NCBI GenBank assembly: GCA_002269645.1 | Contig: NIVC01002379.1 | Location: 115,441-179,440, forward strand | Direction of reading: 5' to 3' | Length of the DNA stretch: 64,000 bases | DNA from: Macrostomum lignano | Taxonomy: Eukaryota | Notes under the pieces: generated by a model | Databases searched by the model: none | What the model was told of the DNA's origin: nothing | Seen by the model: the letters and a program-made list of their open reading frames with translations, nothing else | Program-made: the position numbers and the translations under genes | Shown: positions 26,018 to 38,511 of the stretch, piece after piece | Layout of the letters: each line of letters begins with the position of its first letter | Position numbering within the stretch: position 1 is the first letter of the stretch

Positions 26018-28483
26018 TTGAGAAGAGTTTTTTGCTTCTATATGTCTGAATCTACTCTTGGATAAAAATTCGAGGTGTATATAGGTAAATCAAAGTATTG
26101 GGTCGATGCACTGAGCGTAAGTGGCTGGCTTTGTTTGCTAGCTATACACTTATTTCTTTGCTTTTCAGTATTTCCACCAGCGAATAAACTCTAGCATAAA
26201 CAGTTTTTTCAATGCGATAAGATATTGTGCACTTGCTGGGCCAGTAGAGGGGAGTTAGATACCGAACCTGCTCACTGCCTTTCAGCTCGCAGCAGTCTGA
26301 GTTGCCATGGCGATAGGCTTGTGCAGTGCAGGACTCGAGATTACTCGAGGTTGAGAATTGGAAGCCTGCGAGATATCGCTTTTCGCAGGCCTTATTAACT
26401 ATAGCAAATTGCCTGACACATCCGCAACCTGAGTAGTTCTCTAGAGGATGTTGGCGGTAAAATATTTTGGATTAAACTATATGCATTTTGAAAGAACTAT
26501 GAGCATATCCTGAGTCTCAAATAACTCCAAAAAAAGCAATCAAGTGGCCAGAATGAAAGGCTAAAGGTGTCCCCAAGTAACGTCTAAGCCTGTCTTTTTC
26601 TCTTTATGGAACCCAATGATTAAAATTTTGCAGGGCCTTTATAGGCTTTATCTCTTAGCTTTGTTTTGGTTGAAAAAAACAAAATAGACCCGATTTAGTT
26701 GGATTCGCTGCAATACGGATGCTATAGAGATAAAATATAAAGTTTTAAGATGAAAGTGTAAGCATCATTACATGTAAATTATACTGCAAAGACTCGGTGA
26801 GTTTTATGCATCTGTTTATTCTTAGAACGCGTAGCGAACTCCGGTCGGAGGGGCTGTTACACCTCGAGTTGTTATAATTCTACACATTGGCTGGTGAATT
26901 TTATTATTCCATCTGATAAATTCTGTTTATCCAGAAATTTAAAGAAAGCTACGAGGTAGGTTTTAAACTTTGTTCTCTTGATGCCTCTGGATTAAGCTGA
27001 AAATATGTAAATATTTTTAATCTTTTTCTATTTCGTATGAGCGTAGCTCATGTCCTGGATGGTGTCACACATTATAGCGACCGTTACTAGCAGGTAGCAC
27101 GTACCTGCATCGGACTCACTCCTATAACCGGCTTTAGCAATTTCATCTGAACACAATTGAAGTAGCAATATACTTCATTTTTATTCGTAGCTCTAGTGCA
27201 ATCTACGCGTTTTGTTTAGTTCATAGGCACTGCAGGTTCACTTTACATAGAGCGCGCGCTCTGAGCAATTGCCGGGCATAACTGGTCTATTATACTCGGA
27301 TGCTTTACTAACAATAGTTGCGCACTCAGCTAAGAGTATCAGAGCCAACTGTACAGCCCCCATCGGGGTGCAGGCCGGCAATTGTAGTTAGACAAAGCGC
27401 GCTGTTATTGTAAGAGCCTGCCATATGGCTTCATAGGGGCTAATTGGCATCGTACGCACTGGCGTGGCGCACTTATGATTTTCTAATTGGGCGAGAATTA
27501 GCATAATTATAAACGGATAGAACGGTAGACGAAGCCTCTATCTTTTTATCCGTATTGCATTGGTTGCTTCTGCATAGTGGTGGGGGGTAGACTGGACCAC
27601 AATCTCCTAGCTATTGAATACACAGTTTGTAATTGTACATATAATGACATGAGTAGTCATACACCAGCCTGCAGCCCTGCTGTGCACACTTGTCTGCTAC
27701 GGTCCCCTAAAAGCGCCGCTCCAGAGAGTGCACCCGATCGGATGCTATATATATAAGATAAGCGTAGAAGCTCTTCGGCAAAAGAAAAAAAGAAAAAAAT
27801 GGAAAATTCTCTATGCTCGTAAAGCGCAACGATTTTGTCAGTACGAGCCGTAATAGTAAGTAAATTTTTCTGAACCCTAGATACTTCGGCCTACCGATTG
27901 CGCATGCAATGAGTGGCCGACATTAGCCATCTAACCGAATACAGTTCCGGTTTTATAATGCACATGATGCATAAGAGCTGCTTGTAGTTTAATGTCGCCA
28001 CTCATTGCATGCCTATGCGAGCCTGAAGCAACTTCATTTCAGCCTACCATTGTCCCTATTTCGCATGAGGCAACCTTTTTTTCTGTCTTTGGAATCATGC
28101 GATGTATAACAACGTGAAAAAAATGCATGCAAGTTTTTAAATAGGTCAGAAACAGCATTCAAGGCTAGCTAGTAAGCTCGTCAGACGCTAGGTAATGCGT
28201 CTGACTCGCACATTAATTTGGGGCTCGGGCAGGGGATTTTGCAATTCTCGCCCAAGAGCCCTTTAAGTCTCAGAGGTTTGTTCGTGCCTGACGATAAGAA
28301 AATTAGAGGGCCTCCGTACTCTGCGTGCCTGCCGTGTACAGAGTGCCTAGAGTGTGTGTCGGAGTACATGCGTGTCAGCTGTGGTCAGCGGAGTGTACAC
28401 GACTGCTTGCTCCCTCCCTCGCTGCCTGCTGGGTCAACTGTCGTTCTTTATCTACTGGAAAAATAACTAACTACATGTAGCCA

Positions 28484-28809
28484 CAGGGGCGTCGCCACCG
28501 GGAAGGGGGACAGGGGGGAGGCATGCCCCACCCAGTGAAAGCTAAAGCCCCACCCCACCTTGTGACCCGTTGGGGAAATCCGTAGTTTTGCTTTAGGGCG
28601 CCAAAATATAACGCCTTTGGCGCCAAAATGAGTGCCTGTGGCGCCAAAATGAGTGCCTTTGGCGCCAAAATGAGTGCCTTTGGCGCCAAAATGAGTGCCT
28701 TTGGCGCCAAAATGAGTGCTGGCAACACCGATTCTCAAAAAATGTACATGTGGGAATTTAGTCATGTACTGAGTACATGTAAGACGTAGATTTCATGGGG
28801 ACGCCCCTG
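28484..28809 (+). mobile_element. hAT-type MITE (TIR CAGGGGCGTC) containing a 21-bp internal repeat x5
   Basis: TIRs CAGGGGCGTC/GACGCCCCTG; 8-bp flanks TGTAGCCA/CGTAGCCG (6/8 match). Internal unit TGGCGCCAAAATGAGTGCCTT. Confidence 0.8.
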
Positions 28810-29455
28810 CGTAGCCGCCAACTGAGTCAGACTAGCCAAGAGCTTGAGTTAGAATATAGCCAAGCGCTCAGGTACTCGAACTCTGTTTCAAACTCATGTC
28901 ACACTAATATGTTATATGTTATTTATTTCTTAGGACTAGTTGTGATTACTTATCGTAGATTGCCTATACTTACGAGTATAGTGGAACCCAATAAGTTGAT
29001 TTACAGTCTTATGATGCCGAGTTAAATATTCCCATTGATTACACTCTAGCAAGGACTATTCAAACATCCTTGAGGTTACTGAGTTAGTAACGCTTGGTCA
29101 TTCGCAAAGCAACAAAACACTGAGTAAGTAACAATAGGCTAACTATTAAGAAACGCACTTTTGATTCGTTGGATACATTCGTGCACCAGGTAAATAATTT
29201 TAGATAATCTCATTCATTACTGAAAAGTACTTCGTATGATGTTTAGTGTACAACGGCTACGTCCAAACAAATCAAGACGTGGGAAATTCTTCAAGTTTCT
29301 GTTAGTCGACATATCTAACTGTTATAGCCCGCCATCTAAATAGAATTTGAATTTCTCTTCTAGTTAGGCATCGCATTTCACAGTTGCGGAGTTGCAGATT
29401 TGACAGTTCGATAGCGGAGAAACCCGCGTCCAGTCAGTTGACGACTTCACAAAAG

Positions 29456-31923
29456 CTAATGTTGGGGGTGAAGTTCTTCGTACTTTGGCAGCCCCTCAGT
29501 TGCCTCCTCGTAGCTTGGTGGCGCCTCTGGTAACTCATCCAGGCCTGTCGATTGTGCTGCAAAATTACCTGCCGTTTGATGGCTGCTACGAGCAGACCTG
29601 AGCCGACTGTACTGGCAAGCCCCCAGAAGCAGAAGCAGAATCACTACAACGCTGAGCGGCAGGATGGCTGTCCAGTTTGGCGCCGCGGCTACGAAGCAAT
29701 GAGCTTCGTCGCTTTGATCACCGCAATCAAAGTGACCGTCGCATATCTGGTTGACTTGAACGCACTGCTTCCTGTCAGAACAGAGCCATTCTGAAAGAAG
29801 TACGAGGTACGAAGTATATATGATCTGTCAGAATTGGCAGGGATCTGAAGTCACGCTTAGGTTTCTAGTAGCCAGAAGATTTTGACTTTGGGATTTAATC
29901 AGATTTTGATTCCATATTTGGAGCATGAGCAGCCAGCGAATAAATAGTATAAGTTTGCACAAACCTAGTATCCCACACTCTACTGTGCCATTAACTTCGT
30001 ATTGGCGAAAGCATGAATCATCAACAATGCTCATATCGTCTAAAAACACGGCACGGGTTGTATTGCTTGACTTCACTCTGAATCTGATTGCTACGTTTGG
30101 ATGCCTCGACTGTCTTCCAGCTTCGACGCCAAAGGTGCCGGACAGGAGACGCCACTGATTGTTCGGCACGTGAGGGTCAGAAATGTCCAGCTCTCTATGC
30201 CGGACAGCAAGTCGATAATGACGTCAATTTTAAAACTGTAGTCTCCGTCACCTAATCCGTACACCCAGATATCGAAGCACCATGAGCTGCCAAATGACAA
30301 GCTGCGCTCGTACCAAATGCTTGCCATCCAGCTAGTCTCTGGGGTCATGTGAAGCATCCGCTGAGGCAGCCGGGGAACCCTCCGGCCTAGCACCGAGCTC
30401 GAAGTGTGGTCCGACATATTGACTCCGAACTCCTTTTCAACGCTCGCGTCAGTGACAACTGTCAAGTAATTCGTTTTCCAGCCGCATGTTGACCACTCAA
30501 ATGAGCATATGGACAACATGCGTTTCCCATATGCTGAGTCGTTACAGGCTGCGGGCTCGGCACTCAGGTCATCCAACCAATATGTGCCAATCGTTCGATT
30601 CTGCTGCTCCGATTGAATCGCAAGCGCATCGATAGAGCTGCCTGTGAATCCAGGCTCAATCTGCACCTCAGCGATGCTCCAGGTATAGAATCTCCATCGA
30701 GCCGGCAATCGGAGCAGAGCTTTCCCACCGTTCGGCTCTGCCAGCGTCAGTGCCTCATCGTCTTTGTTGAATCCACTGGAAAACCAGAAGAATCTGTAGC
30801 AGGTTGCAGATCCCGGATTGCCTGCCGCCAGCAGACCAGACAGGCGAAGTTCCGGTATGAACGCTTTCGCTGATTTGGGTTGCAGCATAAGACTACAGTC
30901 GCGAGAATCAGATAAGCTGCTAAATAGACGCGAATGATCCATTGTGCAGTCCAACTGAATGTCAGCAAGACTGTGTGCACTGGCCTGGCCTCGTGCAAAA
31001 TTGGTTCCGAAGCTACGGGTTGAGTTGCAGCGTGCATGCTCGTAGCTTTCATCGCTTGATAAGCCCTCAAAGAAGTCGCTGCTGTTAAAATAATTTTCAC
31101 AATCGTTGACTGTATTGCAGCGATCGCTGAAACGGAACAAATTTCGAAAATAAATTATAGTTTCAATTGAAATGTTGTCAAGTTTGTGACTGGGTAGAAA
31201 TACTGGATTGGTTAGTTGTTGAGGTAAAATCTAAATTACCTAACCCTTTGGATGCTCCAAAGTTAATGTAGAATTTGATTTACCTTTTATCAACGTATGT
31301 GCCATCCAGGCATCGATGCTGCGTCTCAGTACTTTTGATCAAGCCGGGGTTAGTCTGCCAGTTCGGATCATTAATATTAATCGCCTCATATAAAGCAAGG
31401 AAGCGTGTTAACCTGCTGTTTGAATTATGAATGAATTTGTAGTTGATTACAGTTACATAGTATCGCCAGTAGAATTCGCTTATTTTGATTTTTAAACACA
31501 GCGAGCCGTTGCGCAGATTTTCCGGCCGAGCAATAACAAGACCATCGGGTTCGTCAGCCTCTCGCAGAAGCGAGCCATTCCCGGCATAGGCAAGCAGAGG
31601 ATGGGCCAGTAGTGTTCCATAGCGCACCTCCAAAACTGACTCCTGATCGGAAATCTCATCAGCTGTGAAGAGCTTCATCTCCTGGAACTGGAAGCACATG
31701 GCGTTAGATTCGTCACTTCCCGAGTAGTAAACACGAAACTCATAGATGCATATTGAATGCAGCGGCAGAGGGTGGGGAAAGTTGTCGCTGACGAATGCGC
31801 CTCGGCTATCAGGACTTCGCCGGTTGCCGTCAACCATGATCTGCTCCCTGCGACGAAACAGTTTGAAGGCCGATGCAGCATGAGGAGCAGAAAAAGAAAC
31901 TTTAAATAAATAGGCTGTTTCAT
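29456..31923 (-). pseudogene. Receptor C (third paralog) with two apparent 1-bp deletions
   Basis: Exons 31923-31284, 31126-29965, 29790-29456 with homologous splice sites. Frameshifts at ~31851 (signal peptide MKQPIYLKFLFLLLML.. vs REQIMVDG) and ~30170 (FLTLT vs VPNNQWRLLSG). Could be assembly indel errors. Confidence 0.75.
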
Positions 31924-32385
31924 TTCGGGGGTACCCAGAATGGCTCTGTATTTCTGAGCTGCTGTCTACTTGGCCTGCAAATTCAATGAAGTTATGCAAC
32001 TCTGGCTGTGGGCTCAATGTCAAAGCATAACAGCTATTTTTTCTCTGGCGATTCCTATTAATGTACTTAGAAATTATTATCTCATAAATGCTAGAACCAG
32101 ATTTTTGTAAGCCAATAGCTAGAAATACGTTCATAGAGCTTTTCGACGAGAAAGATAAGTTATCGGAGGCACCAGATACTGCACTTGCTGTACATGCATG
32201 GCACTAATAACTGGCTGTGCAAGCTCTACGCAACAAACGAGGGAATGGCGATACTTCTCAAAACACGATCTATAAATTTCTAATGAAACTTGAATATAGT
32301 CGAGTCGGAGTATTCAAATGCTGCTATTGGTACATATAGGCATTTTAAAGAGATCAGATTTGTTTTAACGAGGAATACGTGAATC

Positions 32386-32684
32386 CAGGGGCGTCGCCAT
32401 GGATTTTATGGTGGGTGGGGGACAAGGCCAAGAATTCAACATGTAGATGACTAAATTCCTATATTTCCATTATTGTGAGAATCGTGTTGTCAGCGCTCAT
32501 TTTAGCGCCGCAAGCACTTATTTTAGCACCGAACGCGCTATATTTTGGCGCCCTGAAGAAAAATTATTTATTACCACAACGAGTCACAAGGTGGGGTGGG
32601 GGACAAAGCATTGGCATGTCCCCCTCATAGCTTTTACTGGGGGGGGGACATGTCTCCCCTGTCCCCCCGGTGGCGACGAGCCTG
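32386..32684 (-). mobile_element. hAT-type MITE, same family as 28484-28809, opposite orientation
   Basis: TIRs CAGGGGCGTCGCCA/TGGCGACGAGCCTG; perfect 8-bp TSD CGTGAATC (32378-85 and 32685-92). The reverse complement aligns with the first copy. Confidence 0.88.
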
Positions 32685-33160
32685 CGTGAATCGCAATTAA
32701 AAATACAGAATGCTCACTTTTCTTTGCTCAATTGACCATCGTTGTTTATTTCTTTATTAGATATCTGGAGAACACAATGACAGGGATTGAGTATATAGGT
32801 CGTATAAGCTTAAACTTTGCTAACTTCGCATGAATGTCTGGCAATCATACAGCACAGCAGTGGTTAACATGACTTTGACTCTGATATAGAGTCGACCCGT
32901 ACAATGTTTAATGCTTTTTATAAACCAACAATTGTCCATAAACAGGAATGCGACAGAAGCACATTTTTTAAAATGAGAAGCAAAATCAAATTCATCAGTA
33001 GCTACAGCTACTTATCCAAGCTCTCCGCAAATTAATACAAAAGTGCATCCTCAGCTTTTTTCGAGGTCTTCCTCGGTCTAATAAAAAAAACTGAATATGA
33101 CTTGTCTTCGCAGTTGCTGCATGTCGGTGCGCATGCTAGATAGGCGTCCAGAACCAGTGA

Positions 33161-34338
33161 TTAATGCGCCGGAGAGTCAGTTACCAGACCGGAGTCCTTG
33201 CTCCGGTGTTCACCTGAGGTCAAGGACACAATTAAAATGATCAGCAGCAGTAGTGCAACAACTCCCACGAATACGACGGCCGGTCGGTGATTTCGCCACA
33301 GCCGCATCATTGGAGAGGCCGGCTGCTCGTCCACCGCTACGCTGAACTGTCTTCGGCCCCGAACACTGGAGTCGTCTTGGATCAGCAGCTCCACATCGTC
33401 GTCTTCGTCGTCCTGCTGCAGAAGAGATTCAACGAGGCGCTCAGTTGATGCACTCATCCCCGAGTCTGGTTGCTGCTGTTGTTGATGCCGATTCTGACGA
33501 CCATCTGGTGACTCTGAAGCTGCCGAAGCCTCAGACGATTTTTTTACCTCATCGTCGATAGTCGTTAGAAGATGGCGCATTCTACGGATGTACTCGCCTC
33601 GGGCTGTGGTTTCCTCCGCTGGCTGACGGTTTTGCTCAGACATCCGTCGAAGGGTCTCGGCCAGGTCGTCCAGATCCCAGCCAATGCTTTTCACCGACTT
33701 TCCAATTTCTTCTGTAAAAGCAGAAAGGCATCGACTAACAACACTCCGAGCGTATTATATATTAAAAAATAGACAGCTTTTAGCGTTAACTTCGCTTTAT
33801 CCACTTTTTAGTAGATATAATAAATAGATCGTTTCGTCATCACTATGCCTGTAGGTATGTTATGCTGATTATTTTATTTGCGCATTTTATAATTTACTAT
33901 ACCGACGATATTTAACTCTGCGACTGATAACCTCACCTATGCATGCATGTATACATACATGTACGTGACTGGGTGGTAACTAAAGCACTGAATTAGAACT
34001 AATTGACATCTCAAATGTCAAGTCTAGTTAGTCCTTTAGCTCCTATATCATGCATGATTCAATTTACACTAGGATTATGATCAATTGGACTTTCAAAAAA
34101 CACATTTAACTGTACATGTTACATGCAAACTGGATGCACGAATTGAAAAAAGACCTAAATGCGAGATCTTACCGCGCAGCCAGTTGAATTCATCCTCGGC
34201 TTCTTGAAGCTCCTCCTGCGAGGTAAGTTCACCAGCGTCAATCTTCACGCGGCGCCATCTTTCGAGGCTCTCTTGAAGTAGCTTTAGCTTGTTGTCTAGA
34301 GCCTGCTGGTCGAGCTGAAAAGGATCTAAAGAAGGCAT
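33161..34338 (-). CDS. Syntaxin-6/10-like protein (Syntaxin-6_N domain + TM) lacking the SNARE motif, 2 exons, 238 aa
   Basis: Exons 34338-34173 and 33711-33161, phase-1 GT-AG intron. MPSLDPFQ...WLREEIGKSVKSIGWDLDDLAETL aligns with STX6 EDPF...NNLRSIEWDLEDLDETI; hydrophobic segment near the C-terminus. Confidence 0.8.
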
Positions 34339-34907
34339 AACTTTGTTGATTCGCGAGCTGTTTGAGCCCGCTACCTATGGCTGCAGAGTGCATGTTCAGG
34401 GTTAAAGTCAGTAAGTATACTTGTAGACAAAGTGAGATAGCTAAAACACTGCGATAGACTCTTCCCTTATCTCTCAAGGCTAACCAAAATCGAAAAACAG
34501 TCGACTTATTTTCGTAACACTGGTCAGCGCACAATGGTAGGAACAGCTTATATTTAAGCCCTAGCCTGCAAGATTAGAAATGCTTTCGATTTATGAGCGC
34601 AGATGGGGCATGCAAATGTATGTGCTTACACACGTACACGTGCCTGTGCATGTATAACTTCAAAATATGCTGCGTGCAATTGGAATGGAAATATAACTCC
34701 TGCAGCTTTTGAATGCACATGTAATACAAATTTATACGAGCGTACTTTGTACATTTACGAGATATTTAGCATACACGGATAACTAAAGTAATTGTCCATG
34801 CTTAATTATACATATACACATGCCTGCTATACATGTATAAGAATTACAGTAGATGGAAATCCGCTGCATCATGTATATGATAAAAAATATTTTTTTTGAG
34901 TAATAAA

Positions 34908-35080
34908 CCCTCTCGGAAAAAAACTCGCCGGTTCGCCGGCAATTTTATCGATAGCGAATCGCCGGCGATTTTGTCATTTTATCCGCTATAGCGATTCGCC
35001 GGCGAATTGCCGCCATTGTATTCGCCGGCGTTTCGGTAGCATTTCACTGGTGTTTCGCTGCATTTTTTGCTAAAGTTTTG
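34908..35080. repeat. Solo transposon end with TTCGCCGGCGA subterminal palindromes
   Basis: Starts CCCTCTCGGAAAAAAACTCGCCGG with repeated ATCGCCGGCGAT-type units; no partner TIR found. Confidence 0.45.
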
Positions 35081-35256
35081 ACGCGTATTTGCAAGGAGTC
35101 GCCTACATTTATTTACAAATGATTTTATAAGTTGTTATGATACTGCAGTACTGCTAGAAAGACTCCTACGCTACTAAAAAAGATATGGACATGACTAAAT
35201 TACCGAATATACTAATATAAATTGACTAAGTGGAGCGTTATTAAATCCTGTCATAG

Positions 35257-38200
35257 CCCACGTAACCAAGAATCTCGCCAAAGGCTTGCGTCCCCATCGC
35301 GTGGCAATATTAGGCGATATCTCGCCTGGCGATATCTAAGCAATATCTAAGCGATATCGATCGGCGATAAATCAATACGATAGGAAATTGCCTCTAAAGT
35401 CCTATATATATGTCTAAAAGACACTAAAACGAAGTTCAAACCTATATTGGCCCATCTTGCGCGCATTCTTGCGAAATCGCCAAAACCTTGAGTTTCGATG
35501 CCTTGGCGATAATTGCACCATCGCCGAGCGATAGAACAACGTTGGGAATGCGATCCATGCTTAATTCACATGTATTTTAGCCCACTCGACTTATAAATTC
35601 GCAATTTAAGGTCACTTCGTGAATGGTGAGTTGCAAGCGAGTGATGCTCTTCTGTTTTAGCATTATCTTCTTGGTCTATCGTACCGTACATATAAACAAG
35701 TTCGTGCATCGCGGCGCGATATTTTAGCGGTTGGCTGGCGCTGTTTTTAAGTTCATCTTGAAACTTTGATGCCAATAAGATGTATATCAAGTTAAATTTG
35801 CAGTTTTGATATATAAAAATAAAAAATATGTTCTTTTGTCGTCTTGTCCTGCTTTGTGTTTCTGACTGCAAAATTCATTTATTAATTTGATAAAATACGC
35901 GTTAAATGTATGCTCTTTTAAAAATGACGCTGCACAACTATAGTCAGAGGTCTTGATCGAATTAAGACAGATCATCAGATCGCATGTTCCCTTTTTTCAT
36001 ATGTTATACATGTCTTACGCTCAAGATTATTTGTGAAACAAAAAACTGTGGTAAATAGTGGTAGATAGTAACAGTAGTCCAGTGCTCAGAGTTTTATTTT
36101 GTCAAACTGTGTTTTTAGCACTTCATTTTTAGATTTCTTTTGCACATCCAGATGCCAATTTTGCACCTCGAAATGTTGGTAGACGCATACTTTTAATTAC
36201 ATTTCTAGAAATCAAATGCATTTTGGCTCTTTTAGAGAAATTATAACTATTACTGAACTTAGATCAGTGCCAACTGCCAATGTAGTTGATTAGGGCCTAA
36301 CTTAAATTTCCTTCATTGTTCATTTCAATTTCAACCTGATCTAGCATTGATTAGGTTTTGGAAAATTCTAAATAGCTAAACTAGCTCCAGCCTATATTCT
36401 ACAAGTAGAAGATAGCTTTTGTGGACTTATTAAGGATCAGATGTATAAAATACTTGCTGATGTCCAAATCTTAAACTGCTTTTGTCAAATGTCAATACTA
36501 CTACTAATGTAAAATTTAGGATTTTGGAGGATTTTTGACAAGTGGAAATTTTTATACCTAGCTATTAATGGTGATATTGATCTTCTTGAATAGAACAATA
36601 GGCCTTTCCAACCATAACCCATAGGCCATATTCCCCATGGTCCAAGTATTAAGGTTAACTTGTTTTAGACCTTGACTTATTGTTAAATGCTAATTAGAAA
36701 CTTATTTTATAGAATATAATGGCCATTGATCTTGAAATTAGATAGAACAGTGAGTCTCTATTAAAGATCAGTTACAATATAGGTAGCTAGTAGTCTATAC
36801 TATATATGGCTATAGTTTATTGTCATTTTTCCATATCTATAATTTTTGACTTAGCCATTTTCTTATGCCATGGTTTTTGGTGTTTAGGTTAGCTACCCTA
36901 GGGCTAGGCCTAGTCATTTCAAATTGACTAGATCTCAATTTTTAATATATTTTATAGTAGCTATTTATCTTAAATAGAAAAGTGGGCTTCTTTTAAAGAT
37001 TAGGCTAGGCCTAATACTATATTAATACTATATTATATTACACTTCTACCTACCCTAACACCCTGTTCCCTATACAGGTTATAGCTATGGTACTTAGCAT
37101 TGATATTAGGATTATTCTAGTTATTTTTTGTAGTAAAAATGGATGCATTATTTGAACTCTCCATACCAAAAGACCTCTATTTAGACTATAGCTACAAATT
37201 TATGAACTGATATAAAATGGAACTATCCTAGTTATTTTATCATTTGGACCAAAAATGCTAGTTTTACTGGTTTAATAAAATTTGTTCACATCTTTATTTA
37301 TGCAAGCAATTATATCCTTTCTTTCAGCTGTTCTACAATCTCAATTTTGGGGGCCAGTTTGTCAAGTATGCTCCCGAAGCATGAATTATCAGCCTACCAA
37401 CATGCCAATGGCCTTGAGTGAGCAATGAATGACTGAAGGTCCTCAGAAGCAAAGGTTCAATTCCGGAGACTGACTGGGAGGCCCATTCCTGTACCATCCT
37501 GTCAAAGTGTGGTAAATAATTTTAAAGTTCTAGACTTCCTTTGAATTACTTATTTGGTGACTAACTGAACTGCATACTTCTGATGTGGGTGATATTCTGC
37601 ACAAGCATGATAAGTCAAAGTAACTGGAATTTTACTTTGTTACATTTAATTTTTCCATTGTGAAGTAACCAATATTTACTGTCGAATTGCTTGTTAAAGA
37701 AGTCAGAAATATTTAATATTTTGTTTTTTTTAGTCATCTGGGTTTTTCACCTTAGACTTCAAGTCATGTAATGACATGACCGTCATTCTATTAGCATGAC
37801 CAAATTGAGACGGGTTCATGCCAGCCTGGTATTTTCAAGAAATTTTATTGTTATGGGTGTCATTTTGACTTGGCTTAGGTTTTGTAAAGGGCAAAAATTT
37901 ATTAAGTTACGAATTTTGAGTCATTTAAAGATTCGAGGAGTCTGACAAGAATGCATCATACTTGTCAAATGTATGTTTTTTCTTATTGCCAACCAGCCCA
38001 GCATTTGTCTTCAATATTTGTCAAATGAAAGTCTTTAGTGCTCAAGTCTAACTATTGCTATTTTTCTCCTATATTATATTTTTCTCTCCCTGCCTGCTGC
38101 ATATTTATAGCTGAATTTTCACCATACATGCTGCTGTAAGTAGCATCATTAGAAGTAAAATATATATTCAAAAATCGGGAGGCATTAATAAGAACTTGTG

Positions 38201-38511
38201 GAGTTTTCGTCTCCAGCGACTTAAAGGAAAGCTATAGGCTATCTGATGGAATAATAAATTTGCAGTATTGAGCTGTGTCTGTTGATTCTTTCAATCATTT
38301 TTAATGCTATCATTTAAACAAGAATTATAACTGTATCGTCAATTCATCGCCAATTGCTCGCCAAACGATATCGCCGGGCGATACGGGACGATATCGCCCC
38401 TGCGGACAGCCGCGATATTTCGGCGAGATGAGGGCGATCGCTCGGCGATGTTTAGACGAATCGCCGGGCGGTATCGCCCCGATGTGGAGGCGAGGTTTTT
38501 GGTTATGTGGG
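35257..38511. mobile_element. Non-autonomous EnSpm/CACTA-type element, 3255 bp
   Basis: 23-bp TIRs CCCACGTAACCAAGAATCTCGCC / reverse complement CCCACATAACCAAAAACCTCGCC (3 transitions); 2-bp TSD AG; arrays of ATCGCC/GGCGAT subterminal repeats at both ends; no transposase ORF seen. Confidence 0.72.

Noticed and set aside
31924-32134. N-terminal extension of the 284-aa ORF 31280-32134
   Set aside because: No signal peptide; the paralog-matching signal starts at ATG 31923 in another frame, so a frameshift is more parsimonious.
28484-32684. Composite transposon carrying receptor C
   Set aside because: Each MITE has its own 8-bp TSD, indicating independent insertions; the outer flanks do not match.
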